Source of the DNA: Eutreptiella sp. 'Long Island Sound 2002'
Taxonomy: Eukaryota > Protista > Euglenida
Direction: 5' to 3'
DNA length: 64,000 bases
Assembly: GCA_964036045.1 (NCBI GenBank)
Contig: OZ038378.1
Span: 54,622,001-54,686,000, forward strand
Part shown: in pieces, positions 11,901-23,704 of the stretch
Layout of the letters: every line of letters begins with the position of its first letter
Position numbering within the stretch: position 1 is the first letter of the stretch
Notes under the pieces: generated by a model
Told to the model about the DNA's origin: nothing
The model's input: only the letters and a program-made list of their open reading frames with translations
Databases searched by the model: none
Made by a program: the position numbers and the translations under genes

Positions 11901-14900
11901 TCTTGGCGCCCCCTTGCCTCCACAAAGAGCAGGGGACACCCCACAACGCGCCCAACAGCCCAAAGCAGCCTAGAAAAACGTGGGAGACATACAACAAGGT
12001 AAATACCCTGCGAAAAGCCCTAAAAACGCCCTCACATTGGCCTAATACGGCCCGGAACCACGCAACTTGCCCTTGACACCCCTCCGTGCCCCTTGTAGCC
12101 GAAACCTGGAGAACTTTTGCCTTCCTATTGCTGCCCCCTTGCCCCCACAAAGAACACTACACACCCCACGACCCGCCCAACAGCCCACAACAGCAGGCAA
12201 AAGCGTGGATGGGATACAAACCCCAAGACAAACATCCCCGTAAAAAACCCTAAATATGCCATCAAAATGGCCTACTACGGCCTGGAACCCCCCAAGCTTG
12301 AGATGAAATTGGGACTTCTCACTCTCATACGCGGATGGGGGTACAAGTTCACAAACCCTAATTGGTAAGAAAATGCCGTGTTTTTACTCAAAAAAGGGCA
12401 CCCAAGACAACGTTTTTTCAATAAATAAGCTTGAATCAGCCAATGACTGAATTATGAATTATGAATGAATCATCCTTGAAGGGCTCGTCCTCAGCTGCTG
12501 AAGGAACCCGGCCATTTGGTCTAACACCATGAAATCTCCGAGAACGACCTCCAAGCAATGGACCCACAAACCAAAAACTGCCATTCTTGGCCTCAATGGC
12601 AAACCGTCGACCAAAAAAACTAGGGGTCACCGAAGTTAGAAGTGAAAATCTAACGCCGTTTCCCCTCAGTAATTTGGAAAACACCTCACTTCATTGAATA
12701 GCAGGGTTCAGTTACAATCAGCTTGCCACAGGCCAAAAAGGCCAAACTGGCGGGCCTACCAGCTCGAGCTTTAACAAACCAAAATCTAAATAGGGGCGGG
12801 TGTTGATGCAACACCATTATGAGGTCAAAATGTCAACGTCTTGCAGCCAGAACACCCAAATCGGCGATCGTTACTGCAGACCTCGGATTTGTGCTGTTTC
12901 GCGGAAAAGCTATTTTATAGCGTATTTAGGCTTTTGAAACCCTACAAATTGGTAGTCTCAAATCGGATTTTTGTCAACTCTAGCTAAGTCCTGATTTGGA
13001 CAGACAAAGTCAAAAATTGGCAATGTTACTTTGGCAGAAGAGCACACGCGCACCACAGAAATCAACATTTTCAACAGCTAAAACAGATCTTCAAAAATCC
13101 TATTGCCTTCGGCAGTGCACCTCGAGGAGAGGCTGACGGTCGCCAATCAGTCAATTAGTCAGGCAAGCAGTCAAACAGACAGTCAAGACAGTCAGTCGGG
13201 CAAGCAGGCAGGCAGACAGAAACACACAGTTTGCATTTTGTCATACTCGCCTACAAGCAGTGGGGAGAGCAGCAACTGTCAGAACAAGCAATGGTCGAAA
13301 GGTTATGCAGCCGACCACAGACATGTAGATCAGCGGTTCAATTCCTGGCCGGCCGACCGCCGGCGGCGCCGGGCAACCTGTCAGCTCTGCCTAATCTGAC
13401 CCTCGTTCAAACCCTTCCGAGCACAAACTTTTGACCCCCCCATCCCACCCCCACCCCCACCCTCCCAAAAAAAGTGATATCCAGTTTCAGGGGATAGAGG
13501 CCTCAGAATCAAAAAATCCATTGGGGGATCGTCTTATTGGGCAAAATACTGATGTTATAAGGGGATGGACATCAAATATCATGCCTTGGGGTATGCTACG
13601 TGAATGGCCCCCAAAAAGGGGGGTATACGACGCCCGCGCCTGCGGTTGATCTAACAACCTCTCTTCGAGGTGATTTATGCAGTGGTAAAGTGATAGCACT
13701 TTTACTGAAGCTAATTTGCGCATCTTCGAATCCGGGCAGAAGGATCCCTAGTCAGCACCAGTCAGCACTAGCAGAGCGCCATTCCCATAGCATAACCAGA
13801 GGGGGTCAGCTTCAGGTTCCTAGGCAGCAGTTGGACCCCTCCCTGACTGCCGGAAAATTGCGTCTGGGCAGGGACCCTCAAGCAAAACAACAAAAAACTT
13901 TGGGGGGGGCATGGCACTGGCCGCATGCGCCTAGCAGCCACTACGTGGGCCCCCATAGGAGCTACAATACCCATATTCTCAGCAAATGACAACCCAAACT
14001 CGTTCCACAACCCAAAGAAGGAGTTTGGAAGAAGTCCAAACTTCAAGAACTTTCAAGGTATTACGTCGTTTGCTGTGCCCTGTTCTCTGGGCAATCAAGA
14101 ATGGAACTGAAACCCTGGTCTCACCAACAATTTTGCCGAATACAGGGTAAAACTGAATCCCATACCCAGTGCATGACTGTCTGACACGTAAGCGCACCTG
14201 TGCATGGGTTAGAAATACCTGTATAGTCAGCTCCATGGAAGCTGTCAGTTGGCCTTCTTGATTGAAGCCATGCGTGGCCAGATGCGGCATCGCAATCTTT
14301 TGCACTTGGCAGTACTGCTGTAATATTCTTGAAGGATCATCTAGACAGGAGAGTGTACCATGCATGCTGGATACCAATATTTGTTGCTGCTCTTAAATGT
14401 GCGCAGCTGTCGCGTTGTTTCAGTGAACGCACTGAACGCAGAGAACGCACGCAGATGTGTGCTGACATTCGCTGTTATCCATTTTCATGAGCTATCCGCG
14501 AACCTTGTTTACCCGTGCACACAAGCATGGCGGTCTGTAGTCTGTAGACACTGTCTGCTAATTGTAGACAGTGTCGGCATGATGTCGAAGTGATATACAC
14601 AAATTTCGACCCCTTCCCTAAAAAGGGGCTGCTAACGCCGTTTAGCCCCGCACAAATTAACACTTTTAAGACGCGAAGCACTGTTGAGCGAGGCACCCAA
14701 GGTGCTGATATGGGTTCTGGGCCCCTGGTGGTGTGGTGTGTGTGTGGGGGGGGGGGGGGGCTCTGATGGGGGCGGTGTATATGAGAATATAATATGGAAT
14801 ATGATAATGGGCTTGAAAACTTTCCAGACCGTGGAGCTTGGAGGGTGCTCACCATCAGCGATGATGTGGGAAATGTGGCACATAGCCCTTGTGCGTGAGA

Positions 14901-16399
14901 AATGCAGGAGGGCAATCAGAAACCGCAGAACATGGTCCTACTGATGTGTGCCCGCTCATTTCTTGGCCATTGCCAATTCTGGATTGTCACCTGCTCCCTT
15001 CAGCACACCTGCCCCTCCATAGACGACTGGTAAATGTGGCAGCACTTCTCCCAAAGAACTGAAGATGCGTCCCTCGCCGGTGACAAAGTGTGGCGTAGTG
15101 AGGCCGGCCACTGTGGCTGTACGCTTGGGGCATGCCAACAATGGCGACTTGCTCATCCCCTTGACGCAGTCATATATTGCCTAGGGTGTGGTTTGAGAAC
15201 AGGGCAAGGAAACATGTATATCAGCCAGACTCGCTGCTGTCAGAAATAAGAGGCAACAAAGTGCACTGAAACTACACCAGAAGCACATGCACCAGCCACA
15301 TACAGCACAAAGAGCCACATGCTGAAACCACATAAAATGTGAGCATGGTTCGTGTGTCTGGTGGTAGTGCTTTTTTTGTTTGTGGTTGCTGAATGTGGCT
15401 TTTGTATGTCATCACCAAACCACCAAACCCAACCACTCAGCACCACGTGCAAAAACTATGCAGCAAACATCCACACACCAACAACAAACACACCACAATC
15501 CATTTTGTGTCTCACACGCAGTGGACCCCAGCCTGGCCATGGATTTCTAATGATGACACAGGGTCCGAACGAAATGTATTTCCCAAATCTGGCCCGCACC
15601 CACCTGAGGATTGTCAAAGGTCGCCTAACAATCGCATTTTTTCAGCGAATCCATGCTCGCCTGAAAATGGCAATACTCAATGCTGTGCATCCAGGGGGCA
15701 GGGGGGGAGCAGGGGGCTGAACAGAGGCAGCTGAAGGTGTGACCCAGTACCCCCACCATTGGCTAGAGCGTCTATTTTGAAGAACAAAGTTGAATGGGAC
15801 ATGGGTCCAGACATACCAGGCATATTGACTGCAATGGGCCAGCCAGGTTTTGTCTGCCATGTTAGTAAAATACCCCAAATCAAGCTCATTCAAAGGCCAA
15901 TGAGCAAGCCAAACCAAACAGCAGTACTTTGCAAAAGGGAGTGGAGCTTCATCCTTAGACTTTGCTGATGAAAATGTTTTCAGTGATCCATTGGGGAGAA
16001 AGTCTGAAAAACAAAGCAAAAACAACCTAATTCTATGAGCAATGGAATGTTGCACTTGGCTTGAGAGCGGCCCAATTGGTGCCATATGTGGATTTGCATT
16101 TGCCCGCAACATCATACTGACTGAAGCTTGGCCAAAGGCTCCCCAGGAGTCGTTGCGAGTCGCCCAAGAAGGTCAATTTTTCAGCCAACCCATGCTGGCC
16201 TGAAAGGGGAAAGTCCACCAGTGCAGCCCCAGAGGGAGGTGAATCAGGGGTTATCCAGAGAAACAAATTGGGGCCATAATGATTGATTAAGGGGATCCAC
16301 ATAGAGTAAATAAGCTGAACGCAGTCTAGATTTGGCTTGAAGCATAGAGGCTGCAATTGGTCAACCAAGTGTGGTCCACCAACCTCCCCCCAGCCTCCC

Positions 16400-17700
16400 C
16401 AACCTCCTCACTTAAAAATGGATTTCAAGCCCGGGGCACGGGGCGCGTTAGGGTCCTACATCAAAAAAGCTGGGGGGGGGGGGATACAGTTGTTGTGCAA
16501 CAGCCTTTTACAAAAAAAAACATGATCTCAAACACACTTTCAAAGCTCATGATCTTTGTTCCAGACAGTTCCCCTTTTTTGTGACCACTGAGCAAAAACC
16601 TCCTCATCATGGTCTTTCCCATTGTTTGACTTCTTGAGTACATTTTCTTTCCCGTTGCTGCTCCCACTACACTACGATGAATGATGATCCCATGACCCGT
16701 ATTTGCAAATTGTTACGTGGGTCTCAATGGCCACTTGGTGCTTTTTGAAGCCCAAATGACCTTGGACAGTGCTCTTTGTTGTGTGGCTCACGGGTCATCC
16801 ACACCCATCACACCATAGTACTTCAATACCAAGCTTGTTGGTGTGGACACTCAGCGCATGACAAAGGAGCCGTTCCTTCCGCTTCCAAGGGCTCATTGTG
16901 CAAAAGTTTGTACTAGCAGCACCTTTCCCTTTACCACGTACACTGCGCCGGGGCAAGGTGTTGTTTCCATCATCAGTGTTGGCCTCGCAAGGAGGTGCAG
17001 GGGGCATAGAATCTGCCATGTCTATTGAAAAGGGAAGAATGCAAGCAATGAAATGGCATGAAAGTGGCAGTGTTGGGTAGATATGCAAACAATAACTTAC
17101 TAAAGGACTGCATGTTAGTTCAAGTGCAAGGTTTTGCTAAAATGTTTCCTCTTAAACATCACACGAAAAGAATGCGAAAAAAATGCAAAAAATGTGGAAA
17201 ATTGCGGATCACATTGCAACCCCCTAATTCTGAGCACCATATGTCATGAAATATTCTTCATGGATATCCTTGAAATGGAGTGCCTCTAGTTTATATTGTT
17301 GAGACCCAGAGATTGGAACCATCACATCCGGTGGTCTCTCCCAATCGCCACAAAGCAATGACTCAACACGCAGCAAGGTGGGGGACAAAGCACACGGGGA
17401 GGAGGTGGTAGCCTGAGCATCGGAGGCTACGTGATTGTGGAGCTCATCATGAACTACTAAAAGCGTAGGATGCAAGATCTTGCCACCTTGGACCTTCGAA
17501 TCCCACTTGTGCGAAACCCACCGCAACTCATCTCTCTCTTTAAAATTGCAAGTGAGGCACTCCTCACCTTCTGAACAATGAATGCACCCGTAGCAATGGA
17601 CACACCATAAGAAAACTGCTAGAAGGCATTGGCAATGAGTAAAGTGGTAGAGGTGCATCAAAATGCCACTTCTTGTTCCCATGGTCCGCGTTTGGCTTCA
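16400..17700 (-). pseudogene. Possible Sola-like DNA transposase remnant
   Basis: The 17224-17682 ORF has a Cys-rich segment followed by LCGDWERPPDVMVP...KLEALHFKDIHEEY, loosely like the GD-x-MP...LP...Y segment remembered from Sola transposases. No catalytic motif could be traced. Confidence 0.2.
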
Positions 17701-18393
17701 CACGGGGGGGGGGGGGGGCAAGGGGCTCACCGTCACAGCTACAATCTCATGGTGAATCGGAATCATAATCTGAGTGTCACACTTCTTGGTTTTCTTTTTG
17801 GCGGGTTTCGTTTTCCAGGGGCCTTTTTCTTACTTCAAAGTACGCACATGAGGCACTTCAACCTGGGTGATAATAGCACGTCTCACACAAGCGTACTTAA
17901 AGGGCCAAGAACCAAGAAACTTCTCGCAGTAGCGCACAAGGACTTTGAAGCTGGGTACCTTAACAAGAAACCACTACACAATGCCCTCACAGACTCCTAA
18001 TGTACAATAGGTGGCAAATGTACAAGTCTCTATTGTAACACAGTAAACCTTTCAAAAATGTGCAACTTGGGCCCATGTGACGTGAACTTAGTTAGAGGTG
18101 GTGGCCAAGATGTCCTTCCTTCGGGACACTTGCATGCCATCATGGCAAGGTACTCCCAAACAAGATTGCCATTTGCACCCCTCCTTTGTAATGCAACCTC
18201 TTCATGGAAGAACATTGCATCTCCATCAAAGACAAATATTGCATCATGAGGCCCTGTTGCCACATCCAAGGAGCAGGCTACATGGCTCCACCCCCCAACT
18301 ATTCATGCCTTGGAGACCATTGTTCACCTATGTGAGGCACAACATCTTGCATAAACTCACACAATTTGTGGCGAACCAGAATTGTCACGCAAA

Positions 18394-18686
18394 CCCAAGA
18401 GGACCGCATGAAAAGTAATATTGGTAAATTCTAATTCTAAATATATGGAAGAGTTCATACATTAACCATCCAAAAAATGACACGTTAACCCAAGTGGATG
18501 AATTCCAACGAATTGGGCACAAGCATATCGTGGGCACCACGGGTTGTTGGTTGTTAGAATAGCGCACAATGGGATGTACAAGAGGTTGCAATGCCGTTGA
18601 GTGAGGGAACCAAACCCTTACCCCCCTCTCCGGGGCCCACACCCGACTCACCGGCACCCTTTTCCCTTGTGTAGCTCTTAATATGC

Positions 18687-18761
<75 letters not shown>

Positions 18762-19169
18762 ACACCCTTCTCGAGCTAAGGTCTAGTGTTTAAGTGAGCC
18801 CGAGAGTCTACAGGACGCTTTGGTCTAACAAGCCGTCGGCGAGTAGGTGCCCTCATCCCCTTTCGCCAAGGCTGTTGGTACCGAGGTAGCCCAACTGCCC
18901 CACATTCGTAATAACGAAACAAAGGCCGTGAGGCAATAGGCCTCTGTCCCCTTTCATGTGCCCGACTTGATCAGACTCTTTACGGACATGAACATCCCCA
19001 AAGGCGCGTGTGCGAGTACATCAGTCACCGAGGTGGCACGTAACAGGCTTCCCATTCTCTCGGCCCATCCCCGCTTAGCCATAATTTAGGGACACCTGGA
19101 AGAATATGGCCAAGCCCCGTGGATTGAGGCCGCCCATGTCTTTTGATGATCCCCCTGCAACCCTTGGTA
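18394..19169 (+). mobile_element. 5' fragment of RAG1/Transib-like element, subfamily A, heavily decayed
   Basis: Translates as MPLS...DTLLEL...PESLQDALV*QAVGE*VPSSPFAKAVGTEVAQLPHIRN...DMNIPKG...TGFPFSRPIP...TWKNMAKP...DDPP, collinear with the 54713-55474 ORF. Degenerate terminus CCCAAGAGGACC at 18394. It is cut at 19170 by a later insertion. Confidence 0.75.
18686..18759. repeat. (TC)n microsatellite inside transposase codons 2-4
   Basis: The sequence reads ATG CCT CTC TCT, then the expanded repeat, then GAC ACC CTT CTC. The sister copy reads ATG CCT CTC TCT CGT GAC ATC CTT CTC. Confidence 0.9.
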
Positions 19170-19499
19170 CACGCTAGAAGACCCAATCTCGTTCTAGCCT
19201 AGATGGCGCTAGAAGGCTAAAACGGAAAAAAGAGTTGGTTACCCCCCCGCCCCGTGGGGTGTGTGTGGGGACTTTGAGGGTTGTAACCTGGACCCCCCTA
19301 TCCGTACTCGAGCGCCCATGGTTGTTTTTCACAATTTCACTCTTATCATCGGAATGTGGAGTCCAAATTTTTTTCGTTGTAGCGACGTTCTAGCGAGCGC
19401 CGCTAGAACGTCGCTAGAACTTCGCTAGAACGTCGCTGCAACAATATATATGAATGCTCCGCCACTCCTCAAAGAGAAGCTACCCCGGCTACCATGGCT

Positions 19500-22400
19500 A
19501 GCCGTGGCCAATCACAAGGTGGCGATGCTCGACCCGACTCATGGAGCGCCGGGTTCCCCCCCTCCCACCCCCCGGTTAGCCCGGTTAGCCTCCCCCCCCA
19601 CCCCATAGGTCACTTGGAAGTTCATTTGCCGGCCGGCGCCGGGTCACTTGATGGTGGGTTAGCCCGATTCGCCCGGTTAGCCCCCCTGCCCCCCATGCCC
19701 CCTTTCGCGAGTCGCGACATGCAAGCTACCCCTCCTGCTTGGGGGGGGGGGGGTTGGCGGAACGCATCCTTGCTCCTGGCACCCCCCTTCTCGGCCCCCG
19801 TGTCCCCTTCCTTCTCACCCCTCTTGTCACCCCCCACCTCACCTCCCTTGTCACCCCCCTCCCACTTGTCGTCACCCTCGTCCCCCTCATCCTCCCCGTC
19901 GTCCCCGTCGTCCCCGTTGTCCCGCTCCTCCAAGGCCGCCCGGAGGTGGGCGTCCGCCTCCTCCGCGGTGCGGAAGAGGAGCTCCCCCGGCACCCGGAAG
20001 GTGCCCCCCTCCTTCTCCCGCTTCCTCTTCTTCCCCTTCTTCCCCTTCTCCCCCCCCTCCCCGGTGGACCCTTGTGATACCACCCACCAGTCCCCCGGGT
20101 CCAACTCCTCATCCCGGTCCCCCAACACTGTCACTTGGCTGACGGTCCCCCCATTGCCCCCCTCTGCCCAAGGGACATACTGGGTGTCCCCCACACCCGG
20201 CACCTTCCCATAGGGGTCCCGGCCCCTATTCTCCAACGGGGGGGCCTGAGGTTTTGGGGGGGGGGGGGGGCTTGGCCTTGCCCTTGGCCTTGGGCTTGGC
20301 CTTGGCCTGGGCCTCGAAGTGGCGGGGCTTCCGGGGTTTCTTGGGGGCCTGGGGGAGGGGGGGTTGGGTTTGGGGGTTTTGGCGGGGGGTGTCCTCTCCC
20401 CGCTGTCGATGCTGCTGCTGCTGCTCCGCCTACTGCTGCTGCTCTCCCCTCCCTCTTCCCCCACCCTCAGCCAACCCCTGCGCTGCGGGTCCCTGCCCCT
20501 CCTGCTCCAGAGTGCCTCCCACCTACCCAACCCGTGTAGCACCAAGAGGGCAATGTTGGGGTCATTCCCCAACATCCGGCCCAACTTGGTGACCCCCAGG
20601 AGGTGCGTGCAGCCTCCCCCATCGCGCCACTCCACCTGCACCCCGTGTGGGTCGGCTCCAAACGTCTGCAGGCTCACAACCTAAGAAGGGAAACAAGAGG
20701 CAGGAGTGTTCTAGCGGCGTTCTAGCGAACTGTTCTAGCGACGTTCTACTGGCGTTCTAGCGGCGGCGGTGGCGGTCTGGCTAGATCAAAGCTAGAACGC
20801 TTCCGTAGATCAACGCTAGAACGCATTCAGCATACCGTGCCTTGCCTATCGAGGGCGGGGGAGATTGCCCCCGAGGCCTTGGTGAAGGCATTCCGGGGGT
20901 TGGGGGGGTGCGGCTACGGGGTAGACCCGGTTGCGGGGGTTGTGGGGGGCTTGGGCTTGGGCTTGGGATGGGAGGCGATGCCGTGCACCAATCCGGCATA
21001 CGCCCCCCGGTTGGCGGCCGACGGGTCGAACTCCCGATACCCATGATCTCTGACCACGTCGGCGTCCACATCAACGTCCTCCCAACACACTCCATACCCC
21101 TAGTCCCATCGCCTGCCAGCAGTGGGCGATGAAACGCCAGTGCCCCGCCCCCCCCTTGTCGCCTTGTCGGCCCAAATTTCAGCCACCACAAAGCGAGGGT
21201 GCAGGCCGTGGGCTGGTCCCCCTTGGGGACCAGGAAACAGGGGAGCAGGCCTTTTGCTGCCCCCCCCCCCCAACAGAAATGGGGCCGAAAGCAGGCCCAG
21301 CACAGCCCCCCCCCCCCAGCATGCCCTCGCACCCCCGCACCCTCACTGCAGGCCGTCACATGGTGATCAAGGTCCCTCCCCTCACGGACAGGGAGCGGAC
21401 GCCGAACGATGGGTATGTTGGGATCTGGGACCCGCATGGTAACCCAGCAGGTGGTCCTCCTCTCCCAAACAAGTGAGCAGGTAGACCCAACCACCACTAC
21501 CCCCCCCCCCCAGCCTGCCCCCCGACGGGAGAGGTGCACGGAGTCGGCACCCTCAGGGCCTAAAAAGTGGAGGCTGTGAAGGGCTCGCAGATTGACTGCT
21601 GTGGGTATCCCTTGAGCGGCCTGCCTAGGGAACCTCCAGGTGTGCGCGTGCCCCTCCAACTTCATCACAGACGCCTAGGCCAGCACAGCCCCGTGCACTC
21701 CAGTTCAGTTGTGGGCGACCCCTGGAGGCCAGACAGCCACCTGCCGACCCCTGCCCCCCCCTCCCCCTTCCAAACGGAGCGGTCACTCGGGTGGTGTGCC
21801 CTCTGGGCCCCCCCGTTTGCGCGGGCAGTAGCACCGCCACCCAGGCCCCGAGCCCGGGCAGGCTCCAGGGCAGGGCAGCGCTCAGCGCGCCCTGGAGCCC
21901 CTCCTCCTGCCGTCCCTCAGCGCCGTGGGCGGATGGTCCAGTCCACGACAACACCACCAGTGCCTAGAGCAGTCAGGAGGTGTGGACCCCCCCAGTCGAG
22001 CGCCCAGGGAGCGCGCCCCCGTGCCTCATGCAGTCGTGGGGCCGCTGGCAGCATGTCAATGACCGGGAGGCGGCGTGTCCAGTCCGAACACTCCCCCGGC
22101 GGGCTCAGCGTCAGGCTCCCATGGCCTCCCTGCCGGGGCCTGGAGCACCAGGCATCACACAACCCCCCACACGCCCCCCCCCCCCCGACGCGCCTCCACC
22201 ACAAGCAGCCAGGGCCCGGTGGTGGCGGACCCTGGTTCACACCCGACGACCACACGAACAGCCGGGACGCCACTACAAGCGGCGACACGGACGGACCAAG
22301 CCGCAGCGGGGGAAACCAGAAACACTGGAGCGGCACCGGCGCCAGCGGGCAGGGCCAGGCGCGGCGCAGCCGTGTGACCCGTCATGCCCTGCGAGCGCCA

Positions 22401-23563
22401 CCAGCATGCACGCCCCGCCCTCCTGCCCCGCGCGCGCCACACACACAGGCACGGCGGCATCTCCCTCCCGTGTGTGCCACCACGGGGTACGGGGGCGGTC
22501 AACAGTCCGGCAGGCCTTGGGACCGGACAACCGCGATTCGCCTAGCCCAGTCGTGTCGGCACAAAGGCGAGTGCTGACCATGGGCCAGGGCGTCCGGCAC
22601 AGGCCTTGACCCAAACCAAACCAAACCCCCCCTTGTCGGGCGTGAAGACGTTGATTTGCGCCAACTCAAACATCTTCACCCCCTTTTCGGAGCGGGGGGG
22701 GGGGGGGCGCTTCCCCCCTCTTCCTCCCGGGCAACTCCACCACTAGGCCCCTGCAAACCCCCCACCCGCAGGGGTTTGTCCTCGTGGACCCCCCCCTCGT
22801 CCGCCCACAACCACCTGCCCTGCCCGAAAATTTTGTGATGCAAACGATGCATCAAAAAACAGAGAGTCCAAATCGGAGTCTCCGGGGGGACGAGGAGGGG
22901 GTGGACGAGGTTTGGGGAGTGGGGGGCGTCCAAGACGGCAGGGTCCCACGGCAGGTCCTGGATGGACCCCGCCTCCCTGTCCCCTCAAAAAAACCCTCAG
23001 CCCCTGCCCCGTCCGCACCGCCTTCTCCGCCACCACCTTCTCCTTCACCTTCTCCTCCACCGTCTCCTCCACGTCCACCTCCACCACCTCATCCACCACC
23101 TCCTCCTTCACCTTTGCCTCCTTTGCCACGATCTCCTCCATCCTGCTGCCGCTCCTCTCCAGCCGTCAGATGTGGTCCACCTTCTCCCTCACCTTTTGCC
23201 TCGCCTTCTCGAGGAGCGCGGCGGCCCAAGCCTCACACTCCTCCCCCGCCGCGCGTCCACCTTGGCCTCCCACACCACCACCTTGGCCTGTGCCCTAGCC
23301 TTCACCCCCCGGTGCGCCCCGAGGGAAGTGGAGACACTTTGCAACTACCCACACATTGACTCCACCTCGTCCTCCACGTCCTTCTCCACCATGGCCTCCG
23401 GTTTGACCGCCTCGGCCGATTTCTTGGCGGCCAAGGGCTGATGGAATGGCAACGGAGGAGGGGGATGCTGGGCTTGGGCTTGGGGCTTGGGGTTGGCCAT
23501 GGGTTTTGCCTTGGGCTTGGCCTCATCCTCTGCCGCCCGCTGGGACATCACCTGGGCCAGCAA
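19500..23563 (-). pseudogene. Spliced partner gene of RAG1-like transposon, with Pro/Lys/Glu-rich linkers and two Tudor/royal-family-like domains
   Basis: GT-AG introns at 23564-23704 and 20681-20835. Segments RQAAQG, EFDPSAANRGAYAGLVHG, VQVEWRDGGGCTHLLGVTKLGRMLGNDPNIALLVLHGL and VGDTQYVPWAEGGNGGTVSQV...FRVPGELLFRTAEEADAHL each have a counterpart in the 49.9-54.3 kb copies. Confidence 0.65.
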
Positions 23564-23704
23564 CTGTGCAGTCTTGCGTTGCGAAAAAAAATCGCAGCAG
23601 CGTTCTAGCGGCGTTCTAGGCAACTGTTCTAGCAACCGATCGTGCTGCCTAGATCAACACTAAGACGCCTCCCTAGATCATTGCTAGAACACACGATAAA
23701 ATAC

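Noticed and set aside
19494-23441. Plus-strand Pro/Ser-rich ORFs
   Set aside because: They are antisense shadows of the GC-rich minus-strand partner gene, which has the splice sites and cross-copy homology.
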